NCBI GenBank assembly: GCA_965218425.1
Contig: OZ244621.1
Location: forward strand, 2,592,001 to 2,656,000
Length of the DNA stretch: 64,000 bases
DNA from: an uncultured Candidatus Binatia bacterium
Lineage (GTDB): Bacteria; Desulfobacterota; Binatia; UBA9968; CAXXLF01
Reading direction: 5' to 3'
The position numbers were made by a program, and so were the translations under genes. Positions 1-8,335 of this stretch are shown here, piece by piece (positions within the stretch are counted from its first letter, which is position 1; each line of letters starts with the position of its first letter). Below the pieces are notes generated by a model. That model did not search any database. It saw only the letters and a list, made by a program, of their open reading frames with translations, and was not told where the DNA came from.

Positions 1-64
1 CCGGACCTGGCCGTTTTTTGAAAGTTGCAACACATCCTTATGACCTCATCGAATGATTGGGGTC

Positions 65-93
65 TTGACGAGGAACAGAATGTGTCCTATATA
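65..93 (+). promoter_or_regulatory. sigma70-like promoter of the XRE gene, probably leaderless
   Basis: TTGACG (65-70), 17-nt spacer, TATATA (88-93). ATG at 100 with no SD. Imperfect inverted repeat in the spacer. Confidence 0.55.
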
Positions 94-99
94 TGAAAC

Positions 100-453
100 A
101 TGACAAATTTTGGCGACACCACCCGGAAGATCCGTGAGCGCCTGCGCAAGGAAGATCGGAGCTTTTCGTTGCGCAAGGTCGCCCAACGCATCGGGGTAGA
201 GCCGGCCTATTTGAGCAAGATCGAGCGGGGCGACGTGGCGCCGCCTTCGGAAGCTACGACGGTCCGGCTGGCAAAAGAACTGGCTGAGGACCCGGACGTA
301 TTCCTGGCCATGGCGGGGAAGGTCTCCGGCGATCTGCAGGAGATCATCCGCAAGCGACCCAGACTGTTCGCGGAGTTGATCAGACAACTGAAGGAAGCAC
401 CTGATGACGCCATTCTCCGAGTGGTGCGAGAGGTGCGAGACGGAGATTGGTAA
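100..453 (+). CDS. XRE-family HTH transcriptional regulator
   Basis: SLRKVAQRIGVEPAYLSKIERG...PPSE is a typical HTH_3 signature. Confidence 0.9.
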   Translation: MTNFGDTTRKIRERLRKEDRSFSLRKVAQRIGVEPAYLSKIERGDVAPPSEATTVRLAKELAEDPDVFLAMAGKVSGDLQEIIRKRPRLFAELIRQLKEAPDDAILRVVREVRDGDW

Positions 454-467
454 GGAGGACCCCATCA

Positions 468-1478
468 ATGATCACGCTTGAAAAAAACCGATTGGAATTC
501 CGGTTCCCGGAAGTCCATGAAAAGGCGCGCTGCTCGATCGAATTCCAGCGCACCCTTCGCATTCCGGACGATGGCCAGGATTACCCGCTGCCGGCGGGCC
601 TGGGTCGTTTCCCGTTGCGGCATTTGGACGACTACGCGCCTCGGCTATCCGAAGAATGGCTTCGCCGCGGCGGTGTCGTCATGCCTATGCATCAGGCCGA
701 GGCAATGTGGATCAACTTCGAGTCCGGCTCCGGCTATCCGTTTGCGGTGAAAGTCGCCACCGGCAAGATCAGTGCGATCACAGGTGAGCCCTGGGTCGAT
801 CACCTGAACACAGACCCGCAAGATTATGTCGCGCTGCCCGAACAGCCATGGCTCGACGGATACTGTGTCGAACAAGGGTCGGTCCGGCAGTTCGTCGCCA
901 TGCCGCTGGGGGAGGGTTATACGGTCGAGGAGCAGCTTGCTGGCGCCGGAAAGCACGGCGGATTGCAAATTGTTGCATACCCCATGAAGGTGGAGCGGTA
1001 CGAGAAACTGACCGCGGATCAACCACAAATTCTATATTCTTGCCCTCCCGATCTAGTCAGTGAAAGCATGGGCATGGGGTTGGCGCCTGGGGGACGGATG
1101 AAGCAGGAAATCTATGATGATAGCCATGGGCTGGACGCTTGGGATCAGAGGCACGCCGGCCGGTGCTTTGTCTCCATCGTTAATTCGATGCAGTGGTCGG
1201 CGGTTACCGGTGAGATGCCGCCGAGCGATCCGCCGACGGCAAAACAGTATGCCGAAGCCGGTCTTCCCTGGTTTGACTATTACGGTGGCGATGTCCAAGC
1301 GGTCGCCGGCGCCCAAAGACTAAGGGCGCTCAGGAGCGTAGCGCAAATCGGCATTGAGAAAGACGAAATGCCGCTGCCGGGAAACGAAACGCTCAATGTG
1401 ACCCACGTCATCGGGCTGAGGAAGAAGGGCGTGCGCCAAGTGCGGGAGAGTTCCGCGGGCGAGGTCATGGAATCATGA
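468..1478 (+). CDS. conserved hypothetical protein, co-transcribed with the XRE gene
   Basis: Long ORF. SD AGGAGG upstream of ATG 468. Conserved-looking blocks FQRTLRIPDD, PxQPWLDG, VRQFVAMPLGxGYTVEEQ, MGLAPGGRMKQEIY, GLPWFDYY. Confidence 0.8.
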   Translation: MITLEKNRLEFRFPEVHEKARCSIEFQRTLRIPDDGQDYPLPAGLGRFPLRHLDDYAPRLSEEWLRRGGVVMPMHQAEAMWINFESGSGYPFAVKVATGKISAITGEPWVDHLNTDPQDYVALPEQPWLDGYCVEQGSVRQFVAMPLGEGYTVEEQLAGAGKHGGLQIVAYPMKVERYEKLTADQPQILYSCPPDLVSESMGMGLAPGGRMKQEIYDDSHGLDAWDQRHAGRCFVSIVNSMQWSAVTGEMPPSDPPTAKQYAEAGLPWFDYYGGDVQAVAGAQRLRALRSVAQIGIEKDEMPLPGNETLNVTHVIGLRKKGVRQVRESSAGEVMES

Positions 1479-1599
1479 ATTCACTCCCGGGTCGCGGTGA
1501 AGGACAGGGTAGCAGTGTCAAGATGGACTTTACCCCCCATATGAAACCGTTCCTGCAATTTCCGCGTCGATTGGTCGTCTGTCCAACCAACCCGAGGGT

Positions 1600-1697
1600 A
1601 GAATGAACTGGGGTGAGTGGCGACCGTATATCGGTGCGGGACATGCGCAGCCATGTCGGTGCCAAAGTCATGATGGTCGGCGTGTATCGGTGCAACA
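1600..1697 (-). mobile_element. solo IS21/Mu-like transposon end (terminal TGT plus internal direct repeats)
   Basis: Minus strand begins TGTTGCACCGATACACG. GCACCGA-core repeats at 1681-1693, 1652-1662 and 1625-1637. No transposase. Confidence 0.35.
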
Positions 1698-2217
1698 TAC
1701 GCTCGGTCCAAACAAGAACCGAACGCCGGAAGGCGGCGATTGCGCAGAGAGACGCATGCCATGCGCGCGCATGGCACAGCCAGCATCACCGATGCGTGGG
1801 GTGTGAGAACCAACCGCCGAAGGGCGTCCCTATCCCGCTTCCTGACCGCTCAAGCCCTCGTGCGATGAAAGTCGTTGTGCAACCGGCATTTAGCCCGAGC
1901 GGCGCTTGAGCGGCAGCGCCCGCCGCGCACCTGAGTAAACAGTTTCCGAACCATCGCGCGGCTTCCGAGCGTCATTATAGGAAGCACGAGGTAACAAATC
2001 AATGTGTGAAGTTTCGTGCACCGTCGGGATCATTCACTCGGCCCGCACTGTCGGCGGCGGTGCGGTTCACACGTTACCGCCGCGCAGCAGCAACCGCTGC
2101 ACATATTCCCTCAACGCTGAACCGGGCCGTGCCCACGTTACCGTTCCGCAAAGCGGTCGGTGGTCATGAGGCACGACCGACGCTTGCGACGTGTATCGCG
2201 GCGCGCTACGGTGAATC

Positions 2218-2426
2218 ATGAGGATCAGGCACAAGGGACTGCGGGCGCTACACGAGCGGGACGATGCCGTGCGGCTACCCGCTGGTTTGGCGCCACGGTT
2301 CCGGCGCATCCTGTTCCGCTTGCAAGAGGCGGCGCACCCGGGCAGCGCCGATGCGTCTCGGGGAACTGGCGCGTGGTGTTACGCTTCGACGACGGTGTGG
2401 CCGTGGACCTGATCGACCATCACTGA
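2218..2426 (+). pseudogene. higB: HigB (RelE-like killer) toxin with internal deletion and frameshift
   Basis: N-term MRIRHKGLRALHERDD in one frame, C-term VSGNWRVVLRFDDGVAVDLIDHH in another. The central LHxLKG segment is missing near 2352. Confidence 0.8.
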
Positions 2427-2445
2427 CCGGAAGGGAGCGCTGACC

Positions 2446-2763
2446 ATGAACGACATTGCAGGCGATCGCGTCGGCCCGATGCTGAACCCGTCGCACCTAG
2501 GCGAACTGATCCGCGAGAGCATGGACGAGGTGGGCTGGAACGGGACCGAGACAGCGGTGCGCCTGGGCTGTGAGCGCGGGACGCTGTCGCGCCTGCCGAA
2601 CGGCAAGGCGGGGGTGTCCGCGAACATGGCGCTGGCGCTGGAGGACATCGGTTGGAGCACCGCCAATCACTGGATGCGGATGCAGGCGAGCTACCAGCTT
2701 GCGCAGGCCCGCCGGAGCCGAGACGCCGCCAAACAATACCGGGGCGTTGGAACATCCCAATAG
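2446..2763 (+). CDS. higA: HigA-family antitoxin
   Basis: PSHLGELIRE..., GVSANMALALE..., WMRMQASY motifs; directly downstream of the higB remnant. Confidence 0.85.
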   Translation: MNDIAGDRVGPMLNPSHLGELIRESMDEVGWNGTETAVRLGCERGTLSRLPNGKAGVSANMALALEDIGWSTANHWMRMQASYQLAQARRSRDAAKQYRGVGTSQ

Positions 2764-2775
2764 GAAGCAATCGCT

Positions 2776-3144
2776 ATGCATGCTTTGGTTCGCCTGATAG
2801 CTGCGGCCGTGTTTTTCGCGGCAGCTTCGTCAGCGTTCGCTCAGACGTGCGAGATCACCGGCAATGTTCCAGCCTCGATCCGGGGCGTGATCTGCGGTGT
2901 TGCCACATCCGTCCATGGGGGCGATGCCCCGGTCAACCAGTTGACGATCATTGTCACTCGCGCAGTGGCGTTGGCGCTTAGTGCTAAGACGCCAGACGCC
3001 GAGGACTTCATGCTCACGTTGCTCAACCGGTGGATGACCGACCGCGGCGTGAGGGTCGCGCGAGTCGAGGCATTCTACGGCCGTGCCCATCTGGCTACGG
3101 CCAAAACACGTGTGTTCGGTGCGCCATGCGTCGAGTACCACTAA
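2776..3144 (+). CDS. hypothetical exported protein
   Basis: Signal peptide ending SAFA-Q; compact ORF followed by hairpin CAAGCCG-GGAG-CGGCTTG. Confidence 0.6.
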   Translation: MHALVRLIAAAVFFAAASSAFAQTCEITGNVPASIRGVICGVATSVHGGDAPVNQLTIIVTRAVALALSAKTPDAEDFMLTLLNRWMTDRGVRVARVEAFYGRAHLATAKTRVFGAPCVEYH

Positions 3145-3255
3145 CCAATCGGCAAGCCGGGAGCGGCTTGATCATGAACTCTCTAGGCTTAGTTCTCGCT
3201 AGCATGCACGGGTGCGCCGGACACGGGTGACAAACAGGACACGCGTAGCAGCGTT

Positions 3256-3999
3256 TCAGCGCGGCTCCGCGGTTCGGATGTATCCGAGTTCGTCGTAGAA
3301 GGCGAGCTTCCCGTCGTTCGTAATTGCCACTCGGTTGTTCGGACCCCACGACGAGCCTTCGACACCGCGGAATCTCCGCAACTCGCCAGCCTTCGCGCGT
3401 ATCTCGACAAGTTCGATTTCTCGGCTCGATCCGTCCTTGAATTCACTGGCGTAAAGGGGCTTCCCGGCCACGGTCTGGATCGTGACGTTCTCCCAGAGGG
3501 TCCGAGTGAAGTGCACCACCCACCGTCCAATTACGCGGTTAGGTTCGTCGTTCTCTGCGTCGATTGGGACTTCGGCAGGTTTCGGGTTCAGTACTGCCTC
3601 GACACTCGCCTCCCACATCTTGGCTGCGCCCTGGTTGCCGCGACCTTGGTAGTACTCCCTCCCGAGGGAAATCAGTTCTCCAGGAAGGATCCCAAACGAC
3701 CGGAGAAATTCGTCGGCGTCGTTGCCTCGCAGCGCTTCAACCTTCTTCATCCATTGGTGGTATTTGCAGCACCGACCGTACCCGACCCTGCGGAACTTGT
3801 CTTCGTTCTTGAAGGCCTGAAATTCCGCGTACAATTTGCGGATCTCATTGACGGCACTCGACGCTTCGGTGTCGGTTCCAGTATTTGCAAGCATACTTAG
3901 GGCGATGCCGAGGGCGACCACCACCCAAGGCCGGAAGCAACTTACTCGGGACAAGCCACGCTTACGCTTATCGATCTGTGTCACTTGGTACTTGGCCAT
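3256..3999 (-). CDS. hypothetical membrane-anchored protein
   Basis: AGGAGG SD before ATG 3999; one hydrophobic segment WVVVALGIALSMLA. Confidence 0.65.
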   Translation of the reverse strand: MAKYQVTQIDKRKRGLSRVSCFRPWVVVALGIALSMLANTGTDTEASSAVNEIRKLYAEFQAFKNEDKFRRVGYGRCCKYHQWMKKVEALRGNDADEFLRSFGILPGELISLGREYYQGRGNQGAAKMWEASVEAVLNPKPAEVPIDAENDEPNRVIGRWVVHFTRTLWENVTIQTVAGKPLYASEFKDGSSREIELVEIRAKAGELRRFRGVEGSSWGPNNRVAITNDGKLAFYDELGYIRTAEPR

Positions 4000-4285
4000 A
4001 GGCACCTCCTTCTGTAGGCAGCACGCTCAGCGACAATACAATCTTCTGGCCCGATATGACATCACCTGCGACACTCCACCTCGCCGCCGACCTGGTGCAT
4101 CAGTTCTCGCCGCCCGGTCTGCGCCGCGCGAGGGGCAGCCTGCCTTTGACGGAAGCGGCACCCGGTACTGAACGGCCGCATCCGTGATGGACAGCTGTTC
4201 CGCAGCGTATCCTCGAAACCAGATCATGTGTACCCGCCCGCACGCCGTGGTTCAAACCGATTGAACCCAACGAAGAGTTTGCATC

Positions 4286-5035
4286 CTATGCGTTGGTTAT
4301 CGCCTTGGCGATGAAATTTTCTACCTTCTCCGCTGCCGCGACCAGGTGCCCGTCGGCAAGGTGAGCGTATCCCGCCGTCGTTTGGTGCCGCCGGTGCCCG
4401 AGCAGCTTGCCGACCAGAGGCAGGTTTTCGCCCGACATGACGGCCTGGCTGGCGGCGGTGTGCCGAAGGTCGTGCAGGCGCAGTCTGCCGAGCTTTGCAT
4501 CGGCGCGGACGGAGCGCCAGCAAGCGACGAGGCTGTACTGCCCCCGGCCTTAGGCGTAGCGGGGAAACAGGAACGCATCGGGGTCGCGTGCACTGGGAAG
4601 CGCGTCGATATGCGCCCGCGCGGCTTCACCGAGCGGCACAGCGCGCGGGCCGGTCTTGGAGTTCGGCAGATTGATGGCGTCGCCGCCGATGTCGCGCCTG
4701 CGCAGATTGAGCACTTCGCTGCGGCGGCATCCGGTGAGCGCGAGCAGCCGGAACGCGGCGACGGCCTCGTGCTACCGGGCCTCGCGGGCGTCGAGCGCGC
4801 GCCCGAGCCGGGCTAGCTCGTCAGTATCGAGGAACCGGGCGATGTTGGGCCTTGGGTTCTTCCTGATGCCGACACAGGGGTTGGTGCCGTGCTCGCGGAA
4901 GCCGCATTCCTCTGCCCGGAACATCATCGAGCGCAGTATTTCGAAGGCGCGGTTGGCCGCGCCGGGTTTGTCCCTGCTCGCCGCGTCGAACCACGCTGCC
5001 ACGTCCTCGGGTCCGATGCGGTCGAGCACTAGAGC
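4286..5035 (-). pseudogene. tyrosine recombinase/phage integrase, 5'-truncated with two in-frame stops
   Basis: One frame gives LTGCRRSE, SKTG, HDLRHT, LLGH and AGYAH. Stops are TAG 4772-4774 and TAA 4550-4552. Confidence 0.9.
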
Positions 5036-5073
5036 CATTATGGCGTTTATATACTTTGCACCACAATGGAATG

Positions 5074-5625
5074 CTAGCTGCGCTGCCGCGCCCTTTTCAG
5101 CGCTTCGGAGAGCTCTTCCGCTTTGGATTCGTTGGTACGGTGACGTGCGCTGGGGTGAACGACACACTCAAAAGGTTCGATACCAGCCTGACGACAAGCG
5201 CGCGCTACGTCCTTGCCGAGCGCAATCACGGTTCGGCCCTCGACTTCGTAGCGCGTGATTGCATTGAAAGATTCGTAAAGGTGCTGCGCCTGAATTCTCT
5301 GAGATCGATTGTCAATTGGAAGCAGGTGAAATGCCTGCGTGACATAGATGTCGCGACGGCACAGCCCGGCCAACTTCAAAGCCCGGCTGACCACTATATT
5401 GAAGGGTATTTCCGGTAGATAGCCCTTTTCCATCAACTCTTTGCGGTTCTCTTCGACCGACCGGGCATCCAGCCAGTGTAGGGCTACCAGCACCGGGCCC
5501 GTCTCGCTGGCGGATGTTATCTGGTAGGGCGTCACCCAATCACCATCAAAACCGACTTCGGCAAGTGTCCTGTATCCGCAAATTCTGAATTCGCGGCGTC
5601 GGGCGATGATGTCGTCTCGTGTCAA
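5074..5625 (-). CDS. divergent uracil-DNA-glycosylase-superfamily protein
   Basis: DIYVTQAF, VIALGKDVA and C-terminal HPSAR motif typical of the UDG fold. Confidence 0.6.
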   Translation of the reverse strand: MTRDDIIARRREFRICGYRTLAEVGFDGDWVTPYQITSASETGPVLVALHWLDARSVEENRKELMEKGYLPEIPFNIVVSRALKLAGLCRRDIYVTQAFHLLPIDNRSQRIQAQHLYESFNAITRYEVEGRTVIALGKDVARACRQAGIEPFECVVHPSARHRTNESKAEELSEALKRARQRS

Positions 5626-5867
5626 TTGATTCTCTTGCCGAGTCGCCGATACCGCGCGACCTAGCTGTCGTCGTCTTCTGCCTGCTCGCGCTTCACCGCT
5701 CGGCCTTCGGCCACCTTGACCGTCTCCGCCTTAACTAACCTGACGACGACGCGGGCAAACTGTTGAAATAACGGAAGGGATTTTGCATTCTTAAAGGCTA
5801 ACGGATCTCGCTATGTGACTCAAGCCGATTTACTCTGACAATGCCAAAGAGAATGTTACTCCAACCG

Positions 5868-6287
5868 CTATTTTTGACCCCTATTTTTTGATGATCCAAT
5901 TACGTCGAGCCGCTCGAGCAATCGACGAATATGACCTTCCGTGATCATTGCGTCCAAATGACCGTCACAGAAACGCTCTCCCCGCACACAGTAAGTCAAC
6001 ATTGTTTTGACCTGGGATAATGTGGGGGTCTTAATGGCCCCCTCGTTCTCAAGCATCAGGCCCGCTTCGTTAGGATCATAGTCATGATCGCACCACCATT
6101 CACTGGAGGCGGCCTCGAAAAATTTCTCGACGAGCTCATCGTATTTGGGCCAAGGGAGACAGAGTCCCCCGTCCTTGTTATGGGTGCGCCACTGTTTGAT
6201 TGGCGTGAACCCTTCCGCATAGAGTTGTGGCAGAAAGGCGACTAGTTCTCTGATTTGCCGTAACGTAAGCCGTCGTGTTTTCGTCAT
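5868..6287 (-). CDS. DUF6508-like protein
   Basis: LTYCVRGERFCDGH...GHIRRLLERL motif; ATG 6287. Confidence 0.7.
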   Translation of the reverse strand: MTKTRRLTLRQIRELVAFLPQLYAEGFTPIKQWRTHNKDGGLCLPWPKYDELVEKFFEAASSEWWCDHDYDPNEAGLMLENEGAIKTPTLSQVKTMLTYCVRGERFCDGHLDAMITEGHIRRLLERLDVIGSSKNRGQK

Positions 6288-6329
6288 GGTTGAACCATTG
6301 CTCTGGAGGCGGTGCGATGAAACCGGAAC

Positions 6330-6749
6330 CATGCTTGCCTTCTTGCTATTCTGGGTTTCCTTCCATTTCGGAATCCAGCTTGTATTGTACCAGTTCTCTT
6401 TTGCATTGTCCCGTCCATTTGGATTCGATCTTCTAGTTGCCGCAACCCGCGGCTCACCAATCCGGCATTACGGCTTAAATATCGGGCAACCTCCGTGAGT
6501 CGGTATCCGGCTTCTTCAACCCCTATCTTCCCTATAATCCAGCTTATCTGACTTGTCCCTATACACGTAAGCGTAGAGTTCGCAGCCGAATCGGGTCGGT
6601 GGCCCTTGAAGAATCGTAAGGTGATGTTCCCGGTCATCGTCATCGCGGAAGATGAGCCGGCCTTGGTTGCAGCGACTAATCTGCCTTGTCGGCAGACAGG
6701 TGGCGGGATACAGGGCGCCCGGAAAATGGACGCGGGGTATTCTTGCCAC
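6330..6749 (-). pseudogene. REP-associated Y1 (RAYT/IS200-like) transposase remnant
   Basis: MARIPRVHFPGALY...SRCNQGRLIFRDDDDR...CELYAYV N-terminus, then the C-terminal HTH (GYRLTEVARYLSR) in another frame; HUH core missing. Confidence 0.8.
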
Positions 6750-6789
6750 GAGGTGTCTGTGTCATTGAGTACTTCAAATGTTTTGCGGA

Positions 6790-7176
6790 TTACCAGAGGC
6801 GGCGAACGCCGTACCGGTCGAAGAGCTCTTCAATCGAGATGAGAACAAGGCTGCGCGCAAGCGCCTGCGCGATGAGCACTCTATCGAACGGATCGCGGTG
6901 GGGACCTGGCAGCCCGCCGGCGCGCCCGGCGTCGTCTACAGTGATAGCCAGCTCTTCAAAGCCTTGGCCGACAATGGCCCCGGCAACGTCCGGCGCGACC
7001 GCCTCAGCGCCTCGAAGCTTGCGGAGACGATGCTTGGTGGCGATCTCCCAGGCCGAGGCCGCGCTGACCAGTACGTCGTTCGCTTCATCTGCGATCACCT
7101 GGCGGGCCTGCTGCGACAGCCGTTCGCTTCCGGCGAGCCACCACAGAAACGCGTGGGTGTCGAGCAGGAGGCGCAA
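6790..7176 (-). CDS. vapC: PIN-domain toxin VapC
   Basis: RLLLDTH, SAASAWEI, HRDPFDRVLIAQA. Confidence 0.95.
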   Translation of the reverse strand: MRLLLDTHAFLWWLAGSERLSQQARQVIADEANDVLVSAASAWEIATKHRLRKLRGAEAVAPDVAGAIVGQGFEELAITVDDAGRAGGLPGPHRDPFDRVLIAQALARSLVLISIEELFDRYGVRRLW

Positions 7177-7179
7177 TGC

Positions 7180-7410
7180 TCACGCCTCCCAGGCGGACAG
7201 CTCCGTATCCGGGAGCGGTTCGAAAAAGCCGTCGTCGATCGTGATCCGCCCCGCAAGTGCGCCGAATTCCCGCTTGCCCCGGCGCCGACAACCGACGAGC
7301 CGCGCAACCGGCTTGCCGTTGCGGGCAATGACGACCTCCTCGCCGCCCTCGACTTGCGCGAGCAGACGCGATAACTGGGTCTTTGCTTGATGGACATTTA
7401 CCACTGGCAT
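7180..7410 (-). CDS. Phd/YefM-family antitoxin
   Basis: VNVHQAKTQLSRLL...GEEVVIARNGKPVARL. Confidence 0.95.
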   Translation of the reverse strand: MPVVNVHQAKTQLSRLLAQVEGGEEVVIARNGKPVARLVGCRRRGKREFGALAGRITIDDGFFEPLPDTELSAWEA

Positions 7411-7431
7411 CGCTGGCTCCTTGATACAGGA

Positions 7432-7468
7432 TTAGCTAACTATATAGCTAACATTGATATTGTGTCAA
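7432..7468 (-). promoter_or_regulatory. phd-vapC promoter with tandem operator sites
   Basis: Minus-strand TTGACA (7463-7468) and TATAGT. TAGCTAAC repeated at 7433-7440 and 7445-7452 (palindromic TAGCTA cores). Confidence 0.6.
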
Positions 7469-7830
7469 GCGGCTAACCCCGGCCGCGGTCGACACATCCC
7501 CAGCGTTGAACCACGGGAGCCGGCGTGACCGGTCTCAAGATTACCGAGGCGGCCTCGGCTCGGTTCCCTTATGGTGGCGCACGTAGACGAAGTGGGCTGA
7601 TCGATTTCGAGACGCCGGGGCGGGATCAGGTAACATGAAAAAGGAGGCAAGCTCCGGTAGGATGGTGGTTGTAGCGGCCATGCTTGAGTGCAGCAGTGCA
7701 TGGGCATTCCGCTTTGCAAGGGGTTGTTCCTCCAATTTCGTGTGCTTCCCACCCCACTGGTGCCTTGAAGGTCTGATTGTCCATCATGGCGCGGCGGTAG
7801 CACTCCATCATGGCGTTATGTGCTGACCAA

Positions 7831-8289
7831 CTATGCAGGTGTGCTCCCTCGGATCAATCGCGATGCGTCATATTCCATGACCGTTTCCCCATGCTGGTTT
7901 CGAACCCGCTGACGATAGCGCACGATACCTCCGCCACGGGAGGGAACCGGTTTCGTCTCAAGGACCTCAATCTCAACCTGGAGGGTGTCGTTTACCTTCA
8001 CGGGACCCAACAGCCGCATTTGGGTTAATCCAACGAAGGCCATCCCGGTCTTGTGGAGGATTCCCGTTTGCACGGTTAATCCCTCGGCCATTCCAAAGGT
8101 CAGACTCCCTGGAGCAATTCGTTCCCCAAATAGGCTCTCCTTCCGGATGTAGTCCAGGTCCAGGAAAAGTGGCTCATTGAGACCCACCAGCGCGACGAAT
8201 TGCAATATGTCATGCTCTGTAACCGTGCGACGTCCGGTCACGAAGCGGTCGCCGGAGTGAAATTCTTCAAATATTTTACCTATGGTCAT
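7831..8289 (-). CDS. MaoC/PaaZ-like acyl-CoA dehydratase (hot-dog fold)
   Basis: FEEFHSGDRFVTGRRTVTEHDI, FGERIAPG, PVKVNDTL; the real start is ATG 8289. Confidence 0.9.
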   Translation of the reverse strand: MTIGKIFEEFHSGDRFVTGRRTVTEHDILQFVALVGLNEPLFLDLDYIRKESLFGERIAPGSLTFGMAEGLTVQTGILHKTGMAFVGLTQMRLLGPVKVNDTLQVEIEVLETKPVPSRGGGIVRYRQRVRNQHGETVMEYDASRLIRGSTPA

Positions 8290-8335
8290 GGTTTGTCCTT
8301 GATCATCGTCTTTTAATTTGGATCGGGAACGGCAA

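Noticed and set aside
15..42. Possible IS terminal repeat (AAAGTTGCAACACATCCTTA)
   Set aside because: At the window edge, with no partner end or transposase visible; too short to support
1700..2210. Several 67-110 aa ORFs in GC-rich sequence
   Set aside because: No SD or recognisable motifs; R/A/P-rich composition typical of spurious frames
4550..4774. Stop-codon read-through (Pyl/Sec) in the integrase
   Set aside because: The stops are TAG and TAA at non-catalytic sites and the gene is 5'-truncated; ordinary pseudogene
5790..7480. Integron cassette array (GGCTAAC motifs near 5796 and 7471)
   Set aside because: No paired GTTRRRY or attC hairpins found; the integrase shows no IntI-specific features
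7470..7830. Possible IS end or small ORFs at the island boundary
   Set aside because: No TIR pair, target duplication or transposase motif identified
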